DNA from: Bacteroidota bacterium
GTDB taxonomy: Bacteria > Bacteroidota > Rhodothermia > Rhodothermales > Rubricoccaceae
Direction of reading: 5' to 3'
Assembly: GCA_039024735.1 (NCBI GenBank)
Contig: JBCCPW010000001.1
Coordinates: 1 to 37,985, forward strand
Length of the DNA stretch: 37,985 nt
Made by a program: the position numbers and the translations under genes
Shown here: positions 21,037-30,293 of the stretch, in pieces
How the letters are laid out: each line of letters opens with the position of its first letter
How positions within the stretch are numbered: the stretch's first letter is position 1
The notes under the pieces: generated by a model
What the model was told of the DNA's origin: nothing
The model's input: only the letters and a program-made list of their open reading frames with translations
Databases searched by the model: none

Positions 21037-21473
21037 GCCGCCGTCCTGCCGATGACCCCGACCGCCTCGGTCCCGAGGCGGACGACGCTTCGCCGGATGA
21101 GGCGTGGCCGGACGAGCCCGACGCCTGGGAGGCCTCCGACCGCGAGTGGCGCGAGAAGTGGGAGCCTCGCGAGGAAGACGAGGACGCTGTAGAGCCGCCA
21201 CCTGCCCACTACCAACCCCGAACGACCTCTGCAAAAGGCGTGGCGTCGTCCTACGAGGAGGGCATGCGCGAGGCCGGGCCATATCTCACCATCGGGCTCC
21301 AGATCGCCCTGTCCATGTTCTTCTTCGTTGGGGCTGGGTGGGCGCTGGATGAGTTCGCGGGCACGAGCCCGTGGGGGGTGCTGGTCGGGGCGGTCCTGGG
21401 CTTCCTCGGCGTGATCGGGCTGGTGATCCGACTCGCACACGAAGCGGACGCGTCGAACCGACCGCCTCGGTGA
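21033..21473 (+). CDS. AtpZ/AtpI (ATPase gene 1) family membrane protein with acidic N-terminal extension
   Basis: YLTIGLQIALSMFFFVGAGWALDEFAGTSPWGVLVGAVLGFLG two-helix pattern. The GTG start overlaps the bactofilin stop (GTGA). Confidence 0.8.
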   Translation: MSRRPADDPDRLGPEADDASPDEAWPDEPDAWEASDREWREKWEPREEDEDAVEPPPAHYQPRTTSAKGVASSYEEGMREAGPYLTIGLQIALSMFFFVGAGWALDEFAGTSPWGVLVGAVLGFLGVIGLVIRLAHEADASNRPPR

Positions 21474-21637
21474 CGCGGACCGGTACCGAGGCGGAATCGG
21501 GCGCGACGAAAACGCAAGCCCTGTCCGTCCCTTCGAAGTGTTTTCACCCCCCCTTGCGGGGGCCTACTCAGGGCGGCGGGTAGCTTGGTTGCCCTCCCCA
21601 AAAGGAGGTCGATCCAGACCCCTTCTCCGCTCCACTC

Positions 21638-21958
21638 ATGACCCCCCTCGCGAGCTTCCTGCTCGGCGCGTCCCTCGGGCTGGCCCACACGATAGTGGGC
21701 GTGGTCACGGCGCGAGTTGCGGAGGGGCGGAGCTACCAGGTGTTCGCCGTCATCGCGCTCGGAGGCACGCTGTTCCGAATGCTTGCGGTCCTGGCGGTGG
21801 TGGTCGGCATTCTCCTTCTCACGTCCGTCGAGGTCGCCCCGTTCATCGGAGGGCTCGGCGTCACGTTCGTCATCGGCCTCGCGGCCGAGGTTCTTCTGCT
21901 CCTCCGTCGCTCCCCCCAGGCGTCGGCGTCCGAGACGCCGGTGACTACCCCCGCTTGA
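21638..21958 (+). CDS. Small membrane protein, AtpI-like by position (106 aa)
   Basis: Three hydrophobic helices and GGTLFRMLAV, resembling the AtpI-type G..R motif; lies directly before atpB. Confidence 0.65.
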   Translation: MTPLASFLLGASLGLAHTIVGVVTARVAEGRSYQVFAVIALGGTLFRMLAVLAVVVGILLLTSVEVAPFIGGLGVTFVIGLAAEVLLLLRRSPQASASETPVTTPA

Positions 21959-21966
21959 CGCGCCCT

Positions 21967-23175
21967 ATGCTGAAGCTCCCGTTCGGCCTCGCCCTTGCGC
22001 TCCTCGTCTCCCTTTCGCTCGCGCCACCGGCCCAGGCGGCCGATGACGACGAGCCGAAGACCCTGGACGCGGTCGGTCACACCGCCGACGGCAACTATCT
22101 CGACTTCCTCCCCTTCACTAAGGTGGAGTTGCCGCGTCTGTTCGTGACGCGTGGCGCAGATGGCGGGCTGCGCGTGGATGCGTTCGGAACCTCGAAGGCC
22201 GCGATCCTCTCCGATGCCTACACCGTCAAGCCCAAGGATGAGGCAAGCCCGGAGGGCACCGAGGCGGGACCGATCGACGAGTCGACGTACCTCAAGAGCG
22301 CCTACAAGGCGAACATCGTGGCGGCGGGCGGCTCCGAAATCGTGATCGACCTGTCGCCGACGCGGCACGTGCTCTTCGCGGTCTTCGCCATGACCATCCT
22401 CTGCATCACCTTCTTCCGCATGGCCGGGAAGTACAAGCGGGGGGTCGGGCGCGAGAGCGCTCCGAAGGGGATCATCCAGAACTCGCTGGAGACGGTGGTG
22501 CTCTACATCCGCGACGAGGTGGCGCGGCCCAACCTCGGCGAGAAGACCAACCGGTACCTGCCGTACCTGCTGACGGTCTTCTTCTTCATCCTGCTCTGCA
22601 ACCTGCTCGGCCTGGTTCCCTTCGGCGCCACCGCGACGAGCAACATCGCGATCACCGCCGTGCTGGCGGTCTTCACCTTCGTCATCACGCAGATCGCGGG
22701 GACGAAGGACTACTGGGGCCACATCTTCAACCCGCCGGGGGTGCCGGTGGCGCTCAAGCCCATCCTCATCCCGGTCGAGTTCCTGGGGCTGTTCACGAAG
22801 CCCTTCGCGCTGGCCGTGCGTCTCTTCGCCAACCTGACGGCGGGGCACCTGATCATCCTCAACCTGATCGGGCTCATCTTCCTCATCCGCAACGACTTCG
22901 GCGTAGGCGCCGGGTGGGGCACCACGGTCCCGGTGATGCTGATGACGCTCTTCGTCTACTGCCTGGAGGTGCTCGTGGCCTTCATCCAGGCGTACGTCTT
23001 CACCATGCTGAGCGCGCTGTTCATCGGGATGGCCGCTGCCGAGCATGAGCACGACCATGATCACTCCGAGGACCACGGCCTGACGACGCACGACATCGCC
23101 GTGGCCCACGCGAATGGCCAGACCCCCCACAAACTCCACGAGCGCACCGTCGGCACCGAGGCGGCCATGGCCTGA
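21967..23175 (+). CDS. atpB: F0F1 ATP synthase subunit a (402 aa)
   Basis: CNLLGLVPFGATATSNI, PVEFLGLFTKPFALAVRLFANLTAGH (essential Arg), LEVLVAFIQAYVFTMLSALFI. Start trimmed to ATG 21967. Confidence 0.96.
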   Translation: MLKLPFGLALALLVSLSLAPPAQAADDDEPKTLDAVGHTADGNYLDFLPFTKVELPRLFVTRGADGGLRVDAFGTSKAAILSDAYTVKPKDEASPEGTEAGPIDESTYLKSAYKANIVAAGGSEIVIDLSPTRHVLFAVFAMTILCITFFRMAGKYKRGVGRESAPKGIIQNSLETVVLYIRDEVARPNLGEKTNRYLPYLLTVFFFILLCNLLGLVPFGATATSNIAITAVLAVFTFVITQIAGTKDYWGHIFNPPGVPVALKPILIPVEFLGLFTKPFALAVRLFANLTAGHLIILNLIGLIFLIRNDFGVGAGWGTTVPVMLMTLFVYCLEVLVAFIQAYVFTMLSALFIGMAAAEHEHDHDHSEDHGLTTHDIAVAHANGQTPHKLHERTVGTEAAMA

Positions 23176-23266
23176 CGAGCGCTCCGCCTCCTCGCGGAGG
23201 CCTCACCGACACCCCGGGCGCGACCGCGCCCTCCCGTAGATCACCACCCTCACTCTACACAAGGAC

Positions 23267-23509
23267 ATGGATCCCCTCGCACTTGGTTACCTCGGCGCCG
23301 GTCTCGGCGCAGGCCTCATCCTCCTCGGCGCCGGTCTCGGCATCGGCCGCCTCGCTGCCTCCGCCCTCGAAGGCTCGGCCCGCCAGCCGGAGGCCGCCGG
23401 TGACATCCGGACGACCATGATCATCGCGGCTGCCCTCATCGAGGGTGCGGCGCTGTTCGGCCTCGTCGTCTGCATCCTGATGGCGCTCCGCGCGCCCGCC
23501 GGCTTGTAA
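23267..23509 (+). CDS. atpE: F0F1 ATP synthase subunit c (80 aa), H+-type
   Basis: GAGLGIG glycine motif, ARQPE loop, ALIEGAALF (carboxylate Glu without the Na+-site Ser/Thr). Confidence 0.97.
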   Translation: MDPLALGYLGAGLGAGLILLGAGLGIGRLAASALEGSARQPEAAGDIRTTMIIAAALIEGAALFGLVVCILMALRAPAGL

Positions 23510-23643
23510 ACGACCCGCGCCCGGCACCAGTGGCCGGGCGTCCCGTTTTGCGCCCGGGAACGGCCTCCCGGTCCGCCTCGGTCCCTCTGTGGAGGGAGCC
23601 GAGGCACCGGGAGGCGCCTCGGGTTCGCATCGCCCGTCTACCC

Positions 23644-24153
23644 ATGAGCTTCATCCTCGCCGCCGACCTCCTCGCGCCCAACGCCGGGACCGTCTTCTGG
23701 ATCTTCATCGCCTTCAGCGGCCTGCTCTTCCTGCTCTGGAAGTTCGCGTGGCCCGTGATCATCGGCGGCATCGAAGAGCGGGAGCAGCGCATCGAAACCT
23801 CGCTCACCGAGGCGGACCGCGCGCTCACCGAGGCGAAGCAGCTCCAGGCCGACAACGACGCCGCCCGACGCCAGTCGGAGCAGCAAGCGCAGCAGATCCT
23901 CCGCGAAGCCCGCGAAGAGGCGGACGCTGTCCGCTCGAAGGACATCGAGAAGACCCGCACGGAGATCGCAGCCATGCGCGAGAGCGCCCGCGAGGAGATC
24001 GAGCGCGAGAAGCGCCAGGCCCTCGCCGAACTCCGCTCCGAAGTCGCCGCCCTGGCAGTCTCCGGCGCTGAGAAGATCCTCCGCAAGGAGATCGACCCGA
24101 AGACGCAGAGCGACCTCGTGGACGACTTCATCTCGGAGCTTCCGAAAAACTGA
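23644..24153 (+). CDS. atpF: F0F1 ATP synthase subunit b (169 aa)
   Basis: PNAGTVFWIFIAF...LWKFAWPVIIGGIEEREQRIE, long coiled coil, AEKIL. Confidence 0.95.
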   Translation: MSFILAADLLAPNAGTVFWIFIAFSGLLFLLWKFAWPVIIGGIEEREQRIETSLTEADRALTEAKQLQADNDAARRQSEQQAQQILREAREEADAVRSKDIEKTRTEIAAMRESAREEIEREKRQALAELRSEVAALAVSGAEKILRKEIDPKTQSDLVDDFISELPKN

Positions 24154-24228
24154 GGGACACGGGATGAGCGATGGAGGGATGAATGAATCCCCTCTTCTCT
24201 TGTCTCCTATCCCCGCTCCCTCCACCCC

Positions 24229-24780
24229 ATGAACCCCGTCGCCCGCCGCTACGCGCTCGCGCTCTACGAGGAGGCCAAGGCCCAGCGCCAGGTCGAGACC
24301 GTGGACGCCGACGTTGAGACCCTGGAGTCCGCGCTTGACTCGAGCCGCGAACTCACGGCTGCGCTCACGAGCCCCGTCGTCTCGCGCGAGAAGAAGGACG
24401 CCATCCTCGGCCGTCTCTTCGACGGCAAGGTCTCGTCTCTCACGATGCGGTTCCTGCGGCTCCTCATCTCGAAGGATCGCGAGGACCTCATCCGCGAGGC
24501 CGTTGGGGCGTACGCCGCCCTTCGTGACGAGCGCCTCGGCATCGTGGAGGCGACCGTTCGCAGCGCGAAGCCCCTCTCGTCCGACGAGGCCGACCGCCTT
24601 CGGGCCTCGCTCGAAACGCGCTCCGGCAAGACGGTTCGCATGAAGATGACCGTGGACCCGTCGCTGATCGGGGGGCTGGTCGTCCGCCTCGGTGACGTGG
24701 TCTACGACCGCAGCGTCGCCCACCAACTCCAGACGCTCCGCGCCAACCTCCAGGAGCGCGCCGCTGTCAGCCTCAACTAA
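24229..24780 (+). CDS. atpH: F0F1 ATP synthase subunit delta (183 aa)
   Basis: VARRYALAL...VDPSLIGGLVVRLGDVVYDRSV. Confidence 0.96.
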   Translation: MNPVARRYALALYEEAKAQRQVETVDADVETLESALDSSRELTAALTSPVVSREKKDAILGRLFDGKVSSLTMRFLRLLISKDREDLIREAVGAYAALRDERLGIVEATVRSAKPLSSDEADRLRASLETRSGKTVRMKMTVDPSLIGGLVVRLGDVVYDRSVAHQLQTLRANLQERAAVSLN

Positions 24781-24839
24781 GCCGGTCGTGAGAGGGCAGG
24801 CAGCCGTGCCCCGCCTCGCGCCACCGCATCCGACAGACC

Positions 24840-24860
24840 CCACTGGCCACTGGCCACTGA
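24840..24860. repeat. Heptamer tandem repeat (CCACTGG)x3 in the atpH-atpA spacer
   Basis: CCACTGG CCACTGG CCACTGA. Confidence 0.75.
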
Positions 24861-24873
24861 CCCCATCCCCGAC

Positions 24874-26481
<1,608 letters not shown>

Positions 26482-26559
26482 GGATTGGGGACCTGGGACT
26501 GGGGACTCGCTCTCCATCTCGGGTTCCCCCAGTCCCTAGTCCCACCCATCCCCAGTCCC
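26482..26559. repeat. Inverted heptamer repeats (GGGGACT / AGTCCCC type) in the atpA-atpG spacer
   Basis: GGGGACC TGGGACT GGGGACT ... CAGTCCC TAGTCCC ... CCCCAGTCCC; the two arms can pair. Confidence 0.7.
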
Positions 26560-26566
26560 GGCGAGC

Positions 26567-27502
26567 ATGGCGAGCCTCAGAGACATCCGCAACCGGATCG
26601 GCACGGTCCAGAACACGCAGCAGATCACGCGCGCCATGAAAATGGTGGCCGCGGCGAAGCTGCGGAAGGCGCAGGAGCGGATCTTCACCACCCGCCCGTA
26701 CGCGTTCAAGATCCGCGAGATGATCGGGCACCTCCGCCAGCGGCTCGACCCGCTCGCGCACCCGCTCTTCCAGCCGCGCGAGGAGGTGGCGAGCGTGCTG
26801 CTCGTCGTGGTGACGAGCGACCGTGGACTGGCCGGTGCCTTCAACTCGAATCTCCTCAAGGTGGTCGAGGCGCGGATCCAGGAGGACTACGCCCACCTCG
26901 GTCAGGAGAACCTGCACGTCCTCGCCGTGGGGCGGAAGGGGCACGAGTACTTCGCCAACCGGGGCTACGATCTCGTGGGCGACTTCCGAGGCGCCTTCAA
27001 CGATCTCCGCTTCCCCATCGCGGGCGAGGTCATCCAGATCGCCGTGGAGGGCTTCGACGCGGGCCGATGGGACCTGGTCGAGGTGGTCTACAACGAGTTC
27101 AAAAACACCATCTCGCAGAACCGCGTCGCAGAGCAACTGCTGCCCATCCCGGCCGAAACGTTCTTCACGCCGGTCATGGAGGACGCATCCGATGTGGCGA
27201 CAGAGTCCACCGAGGCGGGCGAGGGCGAGGTGGAGTACATCTTCGAGCCGAGCGCGCAGGCGCTGCTCAACCGCCTCGTGCCGGAGTACCTCCAGTACCA
27301 GCTGTGGCGCGCGATGCTGGAGAGCAACGCCGCCGAGCAGGGCGCGCGGATGGTCGCGATGGAGAACGCCACGACGAACGCGGGCGAGCTTCTGAAAGAC
27401 CTCCGCCTGACGTACAACCGCGCCCGCCAGGCCGCCATCACGACCGAGATCATCGAGATCTCGTCCGGCGCCGAGGCGCTGCGGCAGGCCCAGGGCGGCT
27501 GA
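26567..27502 (+). CDS. atpG: F0F1 ATP synthase subunit gamma (311 aa)
   Basis: MASLRDIRNRIGTVQNTQQITRAMKMVAAAKL, SDRGLAGAFN, AEQGARMVAMENATTNA, YNRARQAAITTEIIEI. Confidence 0.99.
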   Translation: MASLRDIRNRIGTVQNTQQITRAMKMVAAAKLRKAQERIFTTRPYAFKIREMIGHLRQRLDPLAHPLFQPREEVASVLLVVVTSDRGLAGAFNSNLLKVVEARIQEDYAHLGQENLHVLAVGRKGHEYFANRGYDLVGDFRGAFNDLRFPIAGEVIQIAVEGFDAGRWDLVEVVYNEFKNTISQNRVAEQLLPIPAETFFTPVMEDASDVATESTEAGEGEVEYIFEPSAQALLNRLVPEYLQYQLWRAMLESNAAEQGARMVAMENATTNAGELLKDLRLTYNRARQAAITTEIIEISSGAEALRQAQGG

Positions 27503-27600
27503 TCTCGATATCGGATCGCGGAAGGGCGATGGCCGAAATGGCCGTCGCCCGAAGGCGTGAGGCCGGGTGCCAGCGGGTGCCCGGCCTCTTCCGTTGGAGG

Positions 27601-27713
27601 TCCCCGCCTCGGTGAGGCTACAAGATGCACCGAGGCGGGGAGAGTCCGCCGCTGGGCGTCGTGTTTCGCTTCAGCGGTCCGCCTCGGTGCTTCTGAAGAG
27701 GCACCGAGGTGGA
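27601..27713 (+). terminator. Two successive motif-built hairpins after atpG
   Basis: TCCCCGCCTCGGTG / CACCGAGGCGGGGA (27601-27641) and TCCGCCTCGGTGC / GCACCGAGGTGGA (27678-27713, one G-U pair). Confidence 0.55.
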
Positions 27714-27806
27714 TGGAGGCTGCTGCTTGAGAGACGAGCAGCGTGCGAGCGTGAGCGGCCGGGATCACACGGATTCTATGCCCTGATGTTAGGATGTGCC
27801 CCAAAG

Positions 27807-27904
27807 GACGACGGACCACAGACGACGGACCACAGACGACGGACCACAGACGACGGACCACAGACGACGGACCACGGGCGGATGGTGGTCTGTCGTCCGT
27901 GGTC
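27807..27904. repeat. 14-bp tandem repeat (GACGACGGACCACA)x5 plus an inverted arm
   Basis: Four perfect copies and one variant copy at 27807-27876; inverted arm GTGGTCTGTCGTCCGTGGTC at 27885-27904. Confidence 0.92.
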
Positions 27905-27958
27905 TCCGCCACACACGGAGACCGAACGGCATCCAGACATCAGAGCCATGAAACGGTA

Positions 27959-28324
27959 TCACTCCACCCGGTCAGCGGTGATGACCATCCCGTTCTGGTG
28001 GAGCGTGAGGCTCTCGGTGGTTCCGTCGGTCGCGCGGTTGAAGACGATCCGGGCCTCGAAGGCGGCGACGGCGAACTCCGTCTCGGACCTCGTGTCCAGC
28101 ATGAAGATGTCCTGGCCGGGAACGTGGGCGAAGAGACGGTCGGCGTTGCGCGTGATGGACAGGACAGCGCCGGGCTGAAGCTCATAGCCCCCGACGTGGC
28201 GTTCCAGTACGTCTTCAGAGACGGTGCTGTCTACGGCGGCAGCGGTCGCCTCGGTGGCGGACTGCGCGAATGCGGGCGCGGTGAGAAGGAGAGCGAGGGT
28301 GAGGGCGGTGAGGAGACGAGTCAT
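27959..28324 (-). CDS. Small secreted DUF3471-like domain protein (121 aa)
   Basis: Signal peptide MTRLLTALTLALLLTAPAFAQ, then LERHVGGYELQPG...LFAHVPGQ...SETEF...IVF...LTLHQNG, the pattern of the DUF3471 domain usually found C-terminal to serine hydrolases. Confidence 0.75.
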   Translation of the reverse strand: MTRLLTALTLALLLTAPAFAQSATEATAAAVDSTVSEDVLERHVGGYELQPGAVLSITRNADRLFAHVPGQDIFMLDTRSETEFAVAAFEARIVFNRATDGTTESLTLHQNGMVITADRVE

Positions 28325-28453
28325 GAGACCGTTGGGGGTTGAAGGTGCCACAAGGTTGAGCATCTGCGGCGCGGGGGCCTCCGGCGAACGGGTGGTTTGA
28401 GTCTCGTCCTTTCGGCCGAGGCGGTACCGAGGCGGTGTCTGTAGCCTCGTGCC

Positions 28454-29617
28454 ATGCGCGATGCCCTTCGCTCTCTTCTCGCTCTCCCTCCGGCTCCCGG
28501 TGCCCCGCAGAGGACCGTCGCGGATTGGCTCCTCCTCGTCGCATTCGTCTCCCTCGGTGTTTGGGACGAGGCCACGTCGAACGCGGCGGAACTGCGGGGC
28601 CTCGCGATCGGGCTGAGCGCGGTTGTCCCCTTCGCGCTTCTGTGGCGCCGCTCGAACCCGCTGCTCGCCCTCCTCGTGCCACTCCTCGTGCGCGTGGCGT
28701 GGAGTGCGGGCGAGGGGGCCATCGGCATGGTCCGGGGAGCGCCGGACACGCTCGTCAGCGTCGACCTGTCGATCCTCGTGATCACATACGCCCTCTTTCG
28801 CTGGGGTTCGGGTCGGTCCATCGCGACCGGCGTCGGCCTCGTCGCGGTAGCGGTTGGCATTCGCCTGGGCGGGGTGTGGGCAGCGGACGGGTACGGGTTC
28901 CTCGGTGTCTCCGCGTTGGATGCCGCCGTGCGGTGGCTGGTCCCGGCCGTGGGCGGGTACGTCCTCCGCATCCGCGATGGTGCCGCGCGGGCCCGTGTGC
29001 TGGACGCGAGGCGAAGCGAGCGGGTCGAGATCGCGCGCGAACTGCACGACACGCTGGCCCACCACATGACCGCCATCGCGATTCAGGCCCAGGCCGCCCG
29101 CGCCGTCGCGCCGACGCGTCCCGAGGCCGCGACCGAGGCGCTGGTCGCCATCGAAGACGCGGCGTCGCGCGCGCTCGCGGAGATGCGGGCGACCGTCGGT
29201 GCGCTCCGTGGCGGCACCGAGGCGGACCTCGTGCCTCGACGAGGCATGGCCGACCTCGCCAGCCTCGCGTCGGAGGGCGACGGTGCCTCGGTCGACGTGG
29301 AGGTCGATGACCGCCTCGGTCCCCTCAGTCCGTCCGTCGAGGCGGGGCTATTCCGGGTAGCGCAGGAGGCGGTGACGAACGCCCATCGGCATGCGCGCCA
29401 CGCCCAACGGATCACCGTCTCCCTCTCGGCTGCGGGGGACACCGAGGTGGCACTTGTGGTCTCCGACGACGGCACCTCGGTCCGCTCCGGCACGCCCGGC
29501 TTCGGCCTCATCGGGATGGAAGAACGCGCCCAACTCCTTGGAGGGACCCTCTCGGCGGGGCCTGCGCCCGAGGGCGGGTGGCGGGTGACCGCGGTGCTGC
29601 CTCGGCACGCCCGATGA
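28454..29617 (+). CDS. Membrane sensor histidine kinase, HisKA_3 (DesK/LiaS/NarX-like), 387 aa
   Basis: Multi-TM N-terminus; ERVEIARELHDTLAHHMTAI; FRVAQEAVTNAHRHA; VSDDG; GFGLIGMEERAQLLGG. Confidence 0.93.
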   Translation: MRDALRSLLALPPAPGAPQRTVADWLLLVAFVSLGVWDEATSNAAELRGLAIGLSAVVPFALLWRRSNPLLALLVPLLVRVAWSAGEGAIGMVRGAPDTLVSVDLSILVITYALFRWGSGRSIATGVGLVAVAVGIRLGGVWAADGYGFLGVSALDAAVRWLVPAVGGYVLRIRDGAARARVLDARRSERVEIARELHDTLAHHMTAIAIQAQAARAVAPTRPEAATEALVAIEDAASRALAEMRATVGALRGGTEADLVPRRGMADLASLASEGDGASVDVEVDDRLGPLSPSVEAGLFRVAQEAVTNAHRHARHAQRITVSLSAAGDTEVALVVSDDGTSVRSGTPGFGLIGMEERAQLLGGTLSAGPAPEGGWRVTAVLPRHAR

Positions 29618-30258
29618 TCCGCGTTCTCATCGCCGACGATCAGGACCTCGTCCGGTCTGGACTCGCGCTGCTCCTAGGAGCGCAGGAGGGCATCGAGGTG
29701 GTGGCGCAAGCCGCGAACGGGGAGGAAGCCGTCCGCCTCGCGCAGAGGCTCCGTCCCGACGTGTGCCTCCTCGACATCCGAATGCCCATCCTCGATGGCA
29801 TCGAGGCGACGCGCCGCCTCGCGGGGGCCGACGTGGAGGAGCCGATGGCTGTCGTGGTGGTGACCACGTTCGACCTCGACGAGTACGTGTACGGCGCGCT
29901 CAAGGCGGGCGCACGCGGCTTCCTGCTCAAGGACGCAGGCCCTGAGTTGCTGGCGCAGGCCATCCGCGCGGCTGCTGCGGGAGACGCCCTCATCGCGCCG
30001 AGCGTGACGGGTCGGTTGATCGAGACGTTCGCCGCCTCGGTGACGCCGAGCGTCCGGGAGCCGGCTCAGCCGCTCACCGACCGGGAGGAGGAGGTGCTCG
30101 TCGCGGTGGCGAAGGGGCTGACGAACGCCGAGGTGGCCGACGCGCTCTTTGTTAGCCTGAGCACGGTGAAGACCCACCTCTCAAGCCTCATGTGGAAGCT
30201 GGAGGCGCGCAACCGGGTGGAACTGGCGATCTGGGCGCACGAGACGGGACGGGTGTAG
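29614..30258 (+). CDS. NarL/LuxR-family response regulator (214 aa)
   Basis: MIRVLIADDQ, PDVCLLDIRMP, GFLLKD, LTDREEEVL...TVKTH HTH. ATGA overlap with the kinase stop. Confidence 0.95.
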   Translation: MIRVLIADDQDLVRSGLALLLGAQEGIEVVAQAANGEEAVRLAQRLRPDVCLLDIRMPILDGIEATRRLAGADVEEPMAVVVVTTFDLDEYVYGALKAGARGFLLKDAGPELLAQAIRAAAAGDALIAPSVTGRLIETFAASVTPSVREPAQPLTDREEEVLVAVAKGLTNAEVADALFVSLSTVKTHLSSLMWKLEARNRVELAIWAHETGRV

Positions 30259-30264
30259 AGCCCG

Positions 30265-30292
30265 CCCGCCTCGGTGGGCACACCGAGGCGGG
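30265..30292. terminator. Motif-built hairpin filling the 35-nt gap between convergent genes, putative bidirectional terminator
   Basis: CCCGCCTCGGTG-GGCA-CACCGAGGCGGG between the stops at 30258 and 30294. Confidence 0.65.
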
Positions 30293-30293
30293 G

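Noticed and set aside
23267-23509. Na+-translocating ATP synthase
   Set aside because: The c subunit has IEGAALF and lacks the Gln and the Glu-Ser/Thr residues of the Na+-binding signature.
27807-27876. Possible CRISPR array
   Set aside because: The 14-bp units are contiguous with no unique spacers, and there are no cas genes in the window.
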